Positions 1-9,232 of a stretch of DNA of 64,000 bases are shown here, in pieces. Numbering within the stretch: position 1 is the stretch's first letter; each line of letters begins with the position of its first letter. The notes beneath the pieces are model-generated. The model made no database searches, had not been told where the DNA came from, and saw only the letters and a program-made list of their open reading frames with translations. Location: positions 416,001-480,000 of the forward strand of contig CBEVQO010000001.1 of NCBI GenBank assembly GCA_965552055.1. The letters are read 5' to 3'. Source of the DNA: an uncultured bacterium. GTDB lineage: Bacteria; Hydrothermota; UBA3073; NMUJ01; CBEVQO01. The translations under genes and the position numbers were made by a program.

Positions 1-627
1 CTTGATGAATTTCCTGAATTTTCAAGAAGAGCGCTTGAAGTTTTGCGTCAACCTCTGGAAGATGGTTTTGTGACGATTTCAAGAGCAAGTATGTCTTTAA
101 CTTTTCCAGCACGATTTATGCTTGTAGCTGCAATGAACCCCTGTCCTTGCGGATATTATGGCGACCCGCATCACAACTGCACCTGTACCCCTCAAATGAT
201 TCAGAGATATGTTTCAAAAATATCAGGACCTCTACTCGACAGAATCGACATCCATATAGAAGTGCCTGCACTATCTTATAAAGAACTTGCAGAAAAAAGA
301 GAAGGAGAACCATCGGCAAAAATTAGAGAAAGAGTAGAAAAAGCAAGAAAAATACAACTTGATAGATACAAGGGTATAGAAGGCATTTATTGTAACGCAC
401 AATTAGATTCAAAATTGATAAAAGAATTTTGTAAGTTATCGAAAGAATGTGAAAATTTACTTTCTACTGCGATAGATAAATTTGGTTTATCAGCGCGTGC
501 ACATGATAGAATCCTGAAAGTAGCCAGAACAATAGCGGATTTAGAAGGCGAAAAGGAAATTGCTCCGCATCATATAGCTGAAGCAATTCAATATCGCACA
601 CTCGATAGAAAATACTGGATGTTTTAA
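1..627 (+). CDS. comM: ComM/YifB Mg-chelatase-like AAA+ ATPase, 5'-truncated by the window edge
   Basis: Frame is open from base 1: LDEFPEF (Walker B), [44 protein letters not shown]. Confidence 0.9.
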   Translation, partial: LDEFPEFSRRALEVLRQPLEDGFVTISRASMSLTFPARFMLVAAMNPCPCGYYGDPHHNCTCTPQMIQRYVSKISGPLLDRIDIHIEVPALSYKELAEKREGEPSAKIRERVEKARKIQLDRYKGIEGIYCNAQLDSKLIKEFCKLSKECENLLSTAIDKFGLSARAHDRILKVARTIADLEGEKEIAPHHIAEAIQYRTLDRKYWMF

Positions 628-1361
628 CGGCTTAAATAATTTATATCACCATAAATCACAAGTTCAAGTTCGCCTCTATATTCTTTTATTCTTCCATAGC
701 ATTCAACTTTTTGACCGGGGAAAATTACGAAATGAGGATTAAAGATTACACATTTTATTGTGTTTTCGGGAGTTTTACCATCAGCGAGCACAAATATTTT
801 GCCTTTTTTAATATCCCAAACATCTTTAACCCATCCCCTCACCCACACTACTTTACCCAGATATTTTTCGTTTATTTCCCCTATTTCAGTATATCTTTTA
901 TTCAAAAATTTTAATCTGTCAATTGCATTCAAAAGAATTACAGGTTCTCCTGCTTTTATCTGTATTACTCCTGTTACTTCTACATAATCTCCTTCTCTTG
1001 GTACATGCAATCTTTCTGCTATATCGCCGTAAGCACGCACCCTTATTTCGCCCGTACCATCATCAAGTAAAAAAGAAATATACCCCTGCTTTATAAAAGG
1101 ATGACGAATAACTGTGCCCCTAACCCTTACCGTTGCAAAATTCATACCAATGTCAATATCTTTTATTTTTATCAGGTCAACTTCTTTTACTCTTGCCATG
1201 AAATAAATTGCAGCTAAGCCAACTATGGATACACAAATTGAAAGGATTTTTGTCAATCTAACGGATAACCTTTTCTTGATTTCAGCACCACAATAAGGGC
1301 ATTTTTCAAGAGCCCCCACAAATTTGCCACAACTGGGACAATAACTGCCTTTCTCTTCCAT
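624..1361 (-). CDS. Membrane-anchored protein: N-terminal Zn ribbon, one TM helix, two OB-fold nucleic-acid-binding domains
   Basis: CPSC..CPYC, a hydrophobic helix, then two OB-like repeats ([10 protein letters not shown] / LADGKT..IKCVIF..YRGELE). Start moved to ATG 1361, 7 nt below a -10 box. Confidence 0.7.
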   Translation of the reverse strand: MEEKGSYCPSCGKFVGALEKCPYCGAEIKKRLSVRLTKILSICVSIVGLAAIYFMARVKEVDLIKIKDIDIGMNFATVRVRGTVIRHPFIKQGYISFLLDDGTGEIRVRAYGDIAERLHVPREGDYVEVTGVIQIKAGEPVILLNAIDRLKFLNKRYTEIGEINEKYLGKVVWVRGWVKDVWDIKKGKIFVLADGKTPENTIKCVIFNPHFVIFPGQKVECYGRIKEYRGELELVIYGDINYLSR

Positions 1362-1368
1362 TTTATAA

Positions 1369-1395
1369 ATTTTATTCAAAAAAATAATTTGTCAA
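1369..1395 (-). promoter_or_regulatory. Promoter TTGACA-N15-TAAAAT, leaderless
   Basis: Hexamers read directly; ATG 1361 is 7 nt downstream. Confidence 0.7.
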
Positions 1396-1396
1396 A

Positions 1397-2335
1397 TTAA
1401 AATGCAAAATTATCAAATGTAAGCTTCGCTGCACCAAATAAGCCTGCATCATCTTCGAGTGATGAAATTGTTATCTCCAAATCTTTACGCATAAGATAAA
1501 AAACTCTTTCGTTTATTTCTTTAACCATGCTTTCCCAGAAGAATTCATGTGCACGGGAAATTTTACCACCTATGATTATCTGTTCAAGGTCGAGCAAATT
1601 CAAAACAATGGATATCCCTATCCCGAGATATCTTCCAAATCTTTCCCATACTTCTTTTGCAAAATTATCACCTGCTTTTGCATGTAAATAAACTTTTTCG
1701 CAGGTTATTTCTTTTTCTTCTCTCAGTGATGTTTTTATCCCCTTTTCAAGTCCTTCTTTTACCCATCTATGTATTGCCTGTGCTGATGCGTATTGTTCGA
1801 GACATCCTCTTGAGCCGCATCCACATTTCACCCCATCTTTTTCAACAGTTATATGACCAAATTCTGAAGCACCACCGTGAGTACCGCTCCACAATTTACC
1901 ATCAAGAATAAGCCCTCCTCCCACTCCTGTCCCTAATGTTATGAAAAGAACATTACGCTTACTACGAGCAGAACCCAACCATTGCTCACCAACAGCAGCA
2001 CAATTCGCATCATTCTCAAAAATGAAAGGAAAAGGTAAAATTTTAAATTCCTCCCTTATTTTAAAACCATTTAACTCAGGAATGTTTGGAGATATTGTCA
2101 AAACTCCATTTATTTTATCAATGATGCCAGCAAGCCCTATTCCACATCCCACAATATCATTAAATTCTTTTTTAAAATCATTGCAAATCTCATATATCAA
2201 TTTTACAATTTCTTCTTTTTTTCTTGGAGTCCTAACCTCTTTTCTTTTTAAAATTTTACCACTATAATCAAAGAGTGCAAATCTTAGATTAGTTCCTCCA
2301 AGGTCAATTCCTATTGCTTTTTTATTTTCTCCCAT
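1397..2335 (-). CDS. ROK family sugar kinase (glucokinase-like)
   Basis: GIDLGGT, ENDAN, GTGVGGG, EFGH, CGCGSRGCLE. Confidence 0.9.
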   Translation of the reverse strand: MGENKKAIGIDLGGTNLRFALFDYSGKILKRKEVRTPRKKEEIVKLIYEICNDFKKEFNDIVGCGIGLAGIIDKINGVLTISPNIPELNGFKIREEFKILPFPFIFENDANCAAVGEQWLGSARSKRNVLFITLGTGVGGGLILDGKLWSGTHGGASEFGHITVEKDGVKCGCGSRGCLEQYASAQAIHRWVKEGLEKGIKTSLREEKEITCEKVYLHAKAGDNFAKEVWERFGRYLGIGISIVLNLLDLEQIIIGGKISRAHEFFWESMVKEINERVFYLMRKDLEITISSLEDDAGLFGAAKLTFDNFAF

Positions 2336-2859
2336 TCTTTTTTTAACTTCTTTTTATTTACCCATTTCTCAATGTGCGAAAAGTCAAGATTTTTATACAA
2401 TTCTAATATGCTCTTTATATCTTCAAGATGCCTCGAAGAACCCGTTTCCTTGTAATATTCCAGTTTTTTTATAACCACATCTTCTGGTGAGCAAAAAGAT
2501 GCTTTTAAATTTTTACTAAAAAATTCTTCGCGCCTGCGGTTAAATTCTTCTTTGCTGAATTCATCTTCTTTAAGCAAAAAGAAATCTATTTTAACACCAA
2601 GAGGTATGTAAATAAGATTGAAATGATGCTTTCTTTTAATAGCGTCTTTTATTTCTTCCGGGTTACAATACCAGTTTTCATCAAATTTTTTTACAAATTT
2701 TTCAACATCCCCTTTCTTTATATCCACTATGATATCCATATCATAGGTCATACGCGGTCGTCCATAAATCGCAACTGCAACTGAACCGCTGACCATATAA
2801 GGTATAGATAAATCGTTGAGAACTTTAATAACATACTCAAATATCTCTCTTTGGTTCAT
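2311..2859 (-). CDS. Nucleotidyltransferase-fold protein, TA/AbiE-like
   Basis: YMVSGSVA..YGRPRMTYDMDI (GS + DxD motif), SPEDVVIKKL, RHLEDI. Confidence 0.7.
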   Translation of the reverse strand: MNQREIFEYVIKVLNDLSIPYMVSGSVAVAIYGRPRMTYDMDIIVDIKKGDVEKFVKKFDENWYCNPEEIKDAIKRKHHFNLIYIPLGVKIDFFLLKEDEFSKEEFNRRREEFFSKNLKASFCSPEDVVIKKLEYYKETGSSRHLEDIKSILELYKNLDFSHIEKWVNKKKLKKEWEKIKKQ

Positions 2860-3022
2860 TCAAAAATTTTTTGGCAATTAATCTCTGAATTTCTTCATCC
2901 TTTAAGTGCGGATTTTTCCCTTTATAGTAATGATACAAAAGATTTCTAACAAAATCATGTAATTCAAACACTATTTTAAGCTTTTCATGAGGTTTCAATT
3001 TCTTCAATATTTCATTCTGCAA
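2837..3022 (-). CDS. Small helical protein upstream of the nucleotidyltransferase, putative antitoxin partner
   Basis: PHEKLKIVFEL..NPHLKDEEI pattern; start set at TTG 3022 after an AAGGA SD; overlaps the downstream gene. Confidence 0.55.
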   Translation of the reverse strand: MQNEILKKLKPHEKLKIVFELHDFVRNLLYHYYKGKNPHLKDEEIQRLIAKKFLNEPKRDI

Positions 3023-3024
3023 AT

Positions 3025-3996
3025 CTAATCCTTCATCACTATTGCCTTTTTGGGACACACTGTGAGACATTGTCCACATCCGATACATTTTTCTTTTAAA
3101 ATTTTGTATTTTTCGCCCTCTTTTACTATTGCTTTAAACTGGCATACTTTTACGCATTCACCACAGCCATCGCATAAATCGGGATTTATAACGGCTTTTG
3201 GACGGCTCTTTACTCTATCCACTATTGCTTTTGTAGGACATTTTGCTACACAAATTCCACAGCCCGTGCATTTTTCATAATCAACAACTGCAAGGTTATT
3301 TTCGACTTTTATCGCATTTTCGGGACAACTTTTTTCACAGATTTTACATCCGATGCAGGCAACTTCACATGCATCCCTTGCTTTCTTACCGAAATCAAGT
3401 GAAGCACATGCAACAAAAATTTTGGCATCACGGGGTATAAGTTCAATTATGCCTTTGGGACATGTTTTAACGCATACACCACAGCCCGTGCATTTCTCCT
3501 CGTCAACTTCGGGAAGCCCAGCATCTGTCATATAAATTGCATCAAAAGGACATGCTTTCACACAATCGCCAAATCCTAAGCATCCGTATTTGCACATTTT
3601 ATCGCCATCTCCGAGCACCATCATCGAAGCACAACTTTTTACCCCGATATATTCGTATTTGAATTTGGCTTTTTTTATCCCGCCTCTACATTTTATTTTT
3701 GCCACTTTTGCTTCTACTGTCTTTATTTCTTTACCGAGTTCTTTTGCGAGGGCTTGCGCAACTTCAGGACCACCCGGTGCACATAGGTTTACATCTGCTT
3801 TGCCTTCAAGGAGCGCATGAGCATAACCTTCGCATCCGGGATACCCGCATGCACCGCAGTTAGCACCCGGTAATATTTCGAGCAAGCGCTTTAGCTTCTC
3901 GGGAACTTCTACAGCGAGTTTCCTGTGTATTAAAGTGAGAATCATTGCGAAGAAAAAGCCAAGCCCTCCGAGACCAAGAAGTGCCTTCCAAATCAT
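3025..3996 (-). CDS. rnfB: RnfB-like electron transport subunit with extra ferredoxin domains
   Basis: N-terminal TM, LPGANCGACGYPGC, CLGFGDCVKACPFDAI, several further CxxCxxCxxxCP motifs. Confidence 0.85.
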   Translation of the reverse strand: MIWKALLGLGGLGFFFAMILTLIHRKLAVEVPEKLKRLLEILPGANCGACGYPGCEGYAHALLEGKADVNLCAPGGPEVAQALAKELGKEIKTVEAKVAKIKCRGGIKKAKFKYEYIGVKSCASMMVLGDGDKMCKYGCLGFGDCVKACPFDAIYMTDAGLPEVDEEKCTGCGVCVKTCPKGIIELIPRDAKIFVACASLDFGKKARDACEVACIGCKICEKSCPENAIKVENNLAVVDYEKCTGCGICVAKCPTKAIVDRVKSRPKAVINPDLCDGCGECVKVCQFKAIVKEGEKYKILKEKCIGCGQCLTVCPKKAIVMKD

Positions 3997-4005
3997 CTCC
4001 CCCTC

Positions 4006-4359
4006 CTACAAGAAGAATACTTTTATAAGTATCCCGATAATAGCAGCTAAACTCGTAATTAAAAACCATTCAAGGCGTGCTAAACACCGTTCTATGGAAG
4101 TTATTCTCCTATCAATTTCTTTGTGCTTTTCTTCAAGCTGTCTCTGCAAAAGTTTGTGCCTCTCCGTATTATGCTCTTCTATAAGAATAACTGTATCCTT
4201 AATGCTTTTCACCTGTTCTTCTATTCTTATTACTCTGGCTGCAGTCGATTCTTCAAAAATTTCAAATAACTTTTCTCCTTTTAACATTTCCTTAATTTCT
4301 CTTTTTACTGCCTCTTTTACTATTTTTTCAATCTCTTCTTTTGTAAGAATTTCTGCCAT
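4006..4359 (-). CDS. Small coiled-coil protein with a C-terminal TM helix
   Basis: Heptad-rich, hydrophobic C-terminus, GGAGG SD. Confidence 0.6.
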   Translation of the reverse strand: MAEILTKEEIEKIVKEAVKREIKEMLKGEKLFEIFEESTAARVIRIEEQVKSIKDTVILIEEHNTERHKLLQRQLEEKHKEIDRRITSIERCLARLEWFLITSLAAIIGILIKVFFL

Positions 4360-4374
4360 CTTACCTCCTATATT

Positions 4375-5604
4375 CTAAAATAAACTCATCTGGGATTTTT
4401 TCTCTTCGAGACCTTCCAGCTTTATTCTTATCTCACCATATACTCCGTCATAACCAGGGATAACTTCTACCTTGCCTTCTCTCGCATTTATAACACATTG
4501 CGCTATTTTTTCACTACTCGCATGCTTTATCTCATCAAAAGATAAATTCAACAAAATATCAAACTCGTTACCAAGTTCATGTATCATTCTTTTATAATCT
4601 CTTTCAACAACAGGTGACTCTTTTGGTCTCCCGGTCGCAAATGCAATGATTTCCCTCAAAGGTATTAAATGCTTATAAGGAATTGCATTTTCGGGGACAA
4701 AACCTTCCTCTCTATCTGCAAGATTATGCACTCTATGTAAAACACCTATTGTTAACCTTTTTCCACATTTCGGGCATATACAATTTGTGGCTTCGGCTTC
4801 CTTCGGTGATACCCTTATACCGCATTTTCTGTGTCCATCATAATGATATTTGCCTTCTTCTGGGAAGAATTCAACTGTAAAGCCAAACTTTTCCTTATCT
4901 TTATTTTTTATTGCTTTCATTATTTCCCAGTAATTCAATTCGCAATTAAAATAATTTGCTTCTCTGCCTATATTTTGTGGCGAATGAGCATCGGAGTTAG
5001 ATATAAGTGCAAACCTATCAAGTGATGATAATCTCCAGTTCATGGGCGGGTCACTTGATAATCCTGTTTCGAGCGCAAGCACTTTATCTGTATATTCTTC
5101 AAAGCATTCATCAATGGAGTCAAATCCGGAATTTGCACCGAAAAGCGAAAACCAGGGCGTCCACACATGAGCAGGTGCAACATAAACGCCATCAATTTCA
5201 CTTAATCTTTTAAGCATTACTTTTGAATCAAGAGATAACTGTGGTCTGCCATCGGAAGATAAATCACCATATTCTCTCAAAATTTTATTGATTTCTTTTA
5301 CCCTCGCAAAATCAGGTGCAAAAATTATATTGTGAATTTTATAAGTTCTTCCATTTTTTTCGTAAACATTGCTTACTTCCGCTGTCAGCATATAGTAGAC
5401 ATCTTTATAAATGTAAAGATTTCCATTAACTGGCTGCAATTTTTCTTCAAGTTCTTTTAGCCATTCAGGATGAGTGAAATCACCTGTTCCCATGAGTTTT
5501 ATTCCTTTCATCTTTGCAGCGGTTGATATTCCATCTAAATTCATCTCTTTACTGGTGGCTCTTGAATATTTTGAATGTATGTGTAAATCTGCGAAAAAGC
5601 CCAT
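4375..5604 (-). CDS. Endonuclease Q family (PHP domain plus Zn finger)
   Basis: ADLHIHSKYS, GTGDFTHP, PAHVWTPWFS, ETGLSSD, SNSDAHS, GKYH, CPKCG, PGYDGVYG. Confidence 0.85.
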   Translation of the reverse strand: MGFFADLHIHSKYSRATSKEMNLDGISTAAKMKGIKLMGTGDFTHPEWLKELEEKLQPVNGNLYIYKDVYYMLTAEVSNVYEKNGRTYKIHNIIFAPDFARVKEINKILREYGDLSSDGRPQLSLDSKVMLKRLSEIDGVYVAPAHVWTPWFSLFGANSGFDSIDECFEEYTDKVLALETGLSSDPPMNWRLSSLDRFALISNSDAHSPQNIGREANYFNCELNYWEIMKAIKNKDKEKFGFTVEFFPEEGKYHYDGHRKCGIRVSPKEAEATNCICPKCGKRLTIGVLHRVHNLADREEGFVPENAIPYKHLIPLREIIAFATGRPKESPVVERDYKRMIHELGNEFDILLNLSFDEIKHASSEKIAQCVINAREGKVEVIPGYDGVYGEIRIKLEGLEEKKSQMSLF

Positions 5605-6584
5605 TACCACCTCAAAATTACAGACCCCCAGCTGAATCCACCTCCAAATGTGTTTAAAAGCACAATATCACCCCGTTTTAACCTGCCCTGTTCTACTGCA
5701 ACATCAAGTGCAATAGGTATTGTAGCAGCAGGCACATTTGCATATTTATCAATAGTAACTACTGTTTTCTCCCATGGTATGCCCGTTCTTTTCAATGTCG
5801 CCTCAATAATTCTTATATTTGCCTGATGAGGAACATAAAGGTCGATATCATCTGCAGTTAATCCTGCCTTTTTGATGCATCTCTCGGCTGATTCAGCCAT
5901 CCAGCGAACAGCATGTTTAAAAACCTCTCTCCCCTGCATCACAACGGAATGCAATTTTTTGTCAACTGTTTCATGAGAGGCAGGAAGTTTTGAGCCACCT
6001 GCTGGCTGTATCAGAAGGTCACCAACAGTGCCATCTGCTCCCCAATCCCATGCAAGAATATCAGAATCATCATCGGAATTTTCAAGGATAGCAACTCCTG
6101 CTCCATCACCGAAAAGCACACATGTATTTCTGTCTTCCCAGTTTACAGCACGGGACATGGTTTCTGCACCAGCAAGCAAAACCCTTTTGCATGCACCCGT
6201 TTTCAATAACCCTTGAGCAATTATAAGTCCATAAACAAAGCCAGAACACGCAGCTTCTATGTCAAAAGCAGGGAAGCATTTTATATTAAATTTTTTCTGC
6301 ACCCAGCATGCAGTAGCTGGATACATTGTATCGGGTGTCACTGTCGCAACAATTATACAATCAATATCTTCAGGCTTTAATCCTGCTTTCTTAAGTGCTT
6401 CTTGTGTCGCAAATACAACCATATCGGATGTTGCAAGATTCGGGTCATCAAGGATTCTTCTTTCTTTAATTCCCGTTCTCGTTGTAATCCATTCGTCAGA
6501 GGTATCGACCATCTTTTCGAGGTCAAAATTTGTCAAAACTTTTGGTGGTAAATATCTTCCAGTTGCGACAAACTTTATACCCAT
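5604..6584 (-). CDS. fabH: 3-oxoacyl-ACP synthase III
   Basis: DTSDEWITTRTGI, AACSGF, LFGDGAG, PHQAN. Confidence 0.95.
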   Translation of the reverse strand: MGIKFVATGRYLPPKVLTNFDLEKMVDTSDEWITTRTGIKERRILDDPNLATSDMVVFATQEALKKAGLKPEDIDCIIVATVTPDTMYPATACWVQKKFNIKCFPAFDIEAACSGFVYGLIIAQGLLKTGACKRVLLAGAETMSRAVNWEDRNTCVLFGDGAGVAILENSDDDSDILAWDWGADGTVGDLLIQPAGGSKLPASHETVDKKLHSVVMQGREVFKHAVRWMAESAERCIKKAGLTADDIDLYVPHQANIRIIEATLKRTGIPWEKTVVTIDKYANVPAATIPIALDVAVEQGRLKRGDIVLLNTFGGGFSWGSVILRW

Positions 6585-6585
6585 A

Positions 6586-6927
6586 TCAGCAAGTCAAATG
6601 CAAAGCAGCTACTACTTTTTTCTTATCGACAAGTTTATTAAATTCTTCACATGCCAATTTTGTTGGCAATACTTTAACTTCTATTCCCCTTTCTCGCAGC
6701 ACTCTCAAAGTCTCATCTGGCACCCTCATCGCCCCATAAGCACCCGTTCCTATTATCAAAACCTCCGGCTTTTCCTTCAGAACATCTTCAAGGTCTTCGA
6801 TGCACAATGAATGCCCTTCTTTTCTCCACCAATCAGGTTTTACTTTGTCAGGAAAGATGATAATATCTGCCCTATAAGCTTTTCCATTCACTATTATTTC
6901 TCCAAAATTATAGCCTTCGATTTTCAT
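6586..6927 (-). CDS. Mth938-like (DUF498) protein
   Basis: WWRKEGH, LIIGTG, AALHLTC. Confidence 0.85.
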   Translation of the reverse strand: MKIEGYNFGEIIVNGKAYRADIIIFPDKVKPDWWRKEGHSLCIEDLEDVLKEKPEVLIIGTGAYGAMRVPDETLRVLRERGIEVKVLPTKLACEEFNKLVDKKKVVAALHLTC

Positions 6928-7388
6928 ACCACTCCCATCTTTTCACGGGGCCTGCATAACACAAAAAATAATAATCCAATTATGGTTGTGTAAAGAATAT
7001 TTGGTAGTGATTGATGAACAAACAGGTATGCACTCATTTTTTTGTTTATAAGGAGGTAGTAAACTTCAAAGAGGATTTCGGTAAAAAATACAATAAGAAT
7101 GTATGATACTATGTTGTATTTATACATATTTTCCGCAAGTAATGAAAGTCCAAATGCTATCAATGTCAGAAACAATGCTAAAAAACCCAAACCGGGTGAA
7201 AAAAATACATCCATAAAAAGACCTATAAAAAAGCCATAAAATAAACCTGCTTTACCTTTAAAAAAGGAAACAAAAAGCACACAGATTAACAGAAGATTCG
7301 GAACAAAATTAAATGGTAATTTGGGCAAAATACTTATCTGAATAATCGCAAAAATAAAAGCCAGTAATATGAGATATGAATTTTTCAT
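6924..7388 (-). CDS. mreD: Rod shape protein MreD
   Basis: Multi-TM protein with PNLLL and GLFMD, directly after mreC. Confidence 0.8.
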   Translation of the reverse strand: MKNSYLILLAFIFAIIQISILPKLPFNFVPNLLLICVLFVSFFKGKAGLFYGFFIGLFMDVFFSPGLGFLALFLTLIAFGLSLLAENMYKYNIVSYILIVFFTEILFEVYYLLINKKMSAYLFVHQSLPNILYTTIIGLLFFVLCRPREKMGVV

Positions 7389-8143
7389 TTTCTTTTCAAT
7401 ACATATACAAATTTCTGATTCTTTATTCTGTAAAATGGTTCGATTTTGATTATTAATCTCAATTTATCGGGATTTGTATCTACCTCTGTTACTTTTCCTA
7501 TAAGCAGACCTTTTGGGAAAACTTCACCCATTCCCGATGTTATTACAGTATCACCTTTTCTAACATTAGCATCGATCTCAACATAATCAAGAACCAGTCC
7601 AATATCGGGACTATATTTTACAACACCGTTTACTCCCTTTCTTTTAATTGTGGCACTTATTCTGCAAGTATGTCCATAAATTGTTTCAATCCTTGAATAA
7701 TGATTCCCGGCGTTTATTACCTTACCATAAACTCCTTTATTGACGGTTACAGGCATTTGATTTTTAACCCCATCTTCTTTGCCTTTGTTTATAATTGCAT
7801 AAGCAGGGAACAAGCCCTGAGAAAGCCCTGTTATTTCTGCTGCTATTATTTCATATGAAGGAATTACAGGTAGATTCAATAGTTTACGCAAATTCTCGTT
7901 CTCATTTTTCAAATTCTGATAGAGCTGAATCTTCATCTCCAGTTCTCCTATCAGTTTTCTTAACTCTTCGTTTTCTTTCCTAACCTGTGCTAATTCCATC
8001 AATCTGTCAACCCAGTTCGTAAGTGGATTTAATACTTCTGTCAGTTTTATATTCATCTTTTTCCCAAATTCTGTTTTTGATAAAAGCATAAGAATTATGG
8101 AAATTAAAATTAATATTATAAATGTGGTATTCCTTTCTGTCAT
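7385..8143 (-). CDS. mreC: Rod shape protein MreC
   Basis: TM plus coiled coil, INKG..DGV, GDTVITSG..FPKGL. Confidence 0.9.
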   Translation of the reverse strand: MTERNTTFIILILISIILMLLSKTEFGKKMNIKLTEVLNPLTNWVDRLMELAQVRKENEELRKLIGELEMKIQLYQNLKNENENLRKLLNLPVIPSYEIIAAEITGLSQGLFPAYAIINKGKEDGVKNQMPVTVNKGVYGKVINAGNHYSRIETIYGHTCRISATIKRKGVNGVVKYSPDIGLVLDYVEIDANVRKGDTVITSGMGEVFPKGLLIGKVTEVDTNPDKLRLIIKIEPFYRIKNQKFVYVLKRK

Positions 8144-9159
8144 GATGTTTTTTCAACCAGTTCTCGATATTTGGCGAAGTTCGACAGCATTTTACCAATT
8201 CCGTTAATAACTGAGAAAAGCGGATTTTTACTTCTTTTTATCTTTAAACCTGTTTCTCTTGAGAGTGCTGCATCCATTCCGCGCAGTAATGCTCCACCAC
8301 CGACAAGTGTTATTCCTGTTTCTATTATATCAGAAGCAAGTTGAGGAGGCGTTATCTCAAGCGTTTTCTTAACAGCAGAGACAATTTCGGAGATGGGTTT
8401 TTGCAATGCCTCCCTTATTTCTTTTGAATTAACGGTTATAGTTTTTGGGAGATTTACAGATAAATCAAGTCCCTTTACTTCGATGGTCTCTTCCGGGTCA
8501 ATCGGTGCAGCAGACCCTATTTTTATTTTTATCTCCTCCGCTGTGATTTCACCTATCGATAATTTGTATTTTGATTTAAGATAATCGATTATTGCTTCAT
8601 TCATTTCATCTCCTGCTGTCCTTACTGATGTACATCTCACAACTCCACCCAGTGATATTACAGCGACTTCTGTGGTTCCTCCCCCTATATCAATGATCAT
8701 GTTTCCATGTGGCAAATTTATGGGCAGGTCTTCTCCGATTGCTGCTGCAACAGGCTGGGGCACAAAATGAACATCCCTTGCACCTGCTTTTATAAGTGAA
8801 TCTCTAACGGCTCGCTTCTCAACCAGTGTTATACCGCTTGGAATTGCAATTAAAACCGTTGGCCTAAAGATGCCTCTACTGACCCCTATTTTTTGCATTA
8901 TAAGATGAAGCATCTGCTCAACTTCTTCGACTTCGGTTATGACCCCATCTTTAAGGGGTCTAACAGCTCTTACATAGGGGGGCGTTTTACCCAGCATCTT
9001 CTTCGCTTCCCTACCAATTGCTATTGCACGCTTCACTCTATCATTAATAGCCACAACAGTAGGCTCATTGTAAACTATGCCTTTACCCTGCATGTAAACA
9101 AGAGTATTGGCAGTGCCAAGGTCAATACCAACCTTATGTCTCTCGAAAAATCTCACCAT
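8140..9159 (-). CDS. mreB: Actin-like MreB
   Basis: GIDLGTANT, RPLKDGVI, DIGGGTTE, GGGALL. Confidence 0.95.
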   Translation of the reverse strand: MVRFFERHKVGIDLGTANTLVYMQGKGIVYNEPTVVAINDRVKRAIAIGREAKKMLGKTPPYVRAVRPLKDGVITEVEEVEQMLHLIMQKIGVSRGIFRPTVLIAIPSGITLVEKRAVRDSLIKAGARDVHFVPQPVAAAIGEDLPINLPHGNMIIDIGGGTTEVAVISLGGVVRCTSVRTAGDEMNEAIIDYLKSKYKLSIGEITAEEIKIKIGSAAPIDPEETIEVKGLDLSVNLPKTITVNSKEIREALQKPISEIVSAVKKTLEITPPQLASDIIETGITLVGGGALLRGMDAALSRETGLKIKRSKNPLFSVINGIGKMLSNFAKYRELVEKTS

Positions 9160-9161
9160 TT

Positions 9162-9188
9162 AATTTAAACGAAAACTCAATTTGTCAA
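9162..9188 (-). promoter_or_regulatory. Promoter TTGACA-N15-TAAATT for the mreB operon
   Basis: Read directly; ATG 9159 and GTG 9156 are 2 and 5 nt downstream. Confidence 0.65.
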
Positions 9189-9198
9189 CAATTTTTTC

Positions 9199-9226
9199 TT
9201 GACAGATATAAATATTGCTATAAAAT
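9199..9226 (+). promoter_or_regulatory. Promoter TTGACA-N16-TAAAAT
   Basis: Read directly; ATG 9233 is 6 nt downstream. Confidence 0.65.
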
Positions 9227-9232
9227 ATGGGA

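Noticed and set aside
5604..6584. Atypical FabH motif YANVPAA
   Set aside because: The catalytic Cys, His and Asn are all retained; ordinary divergence
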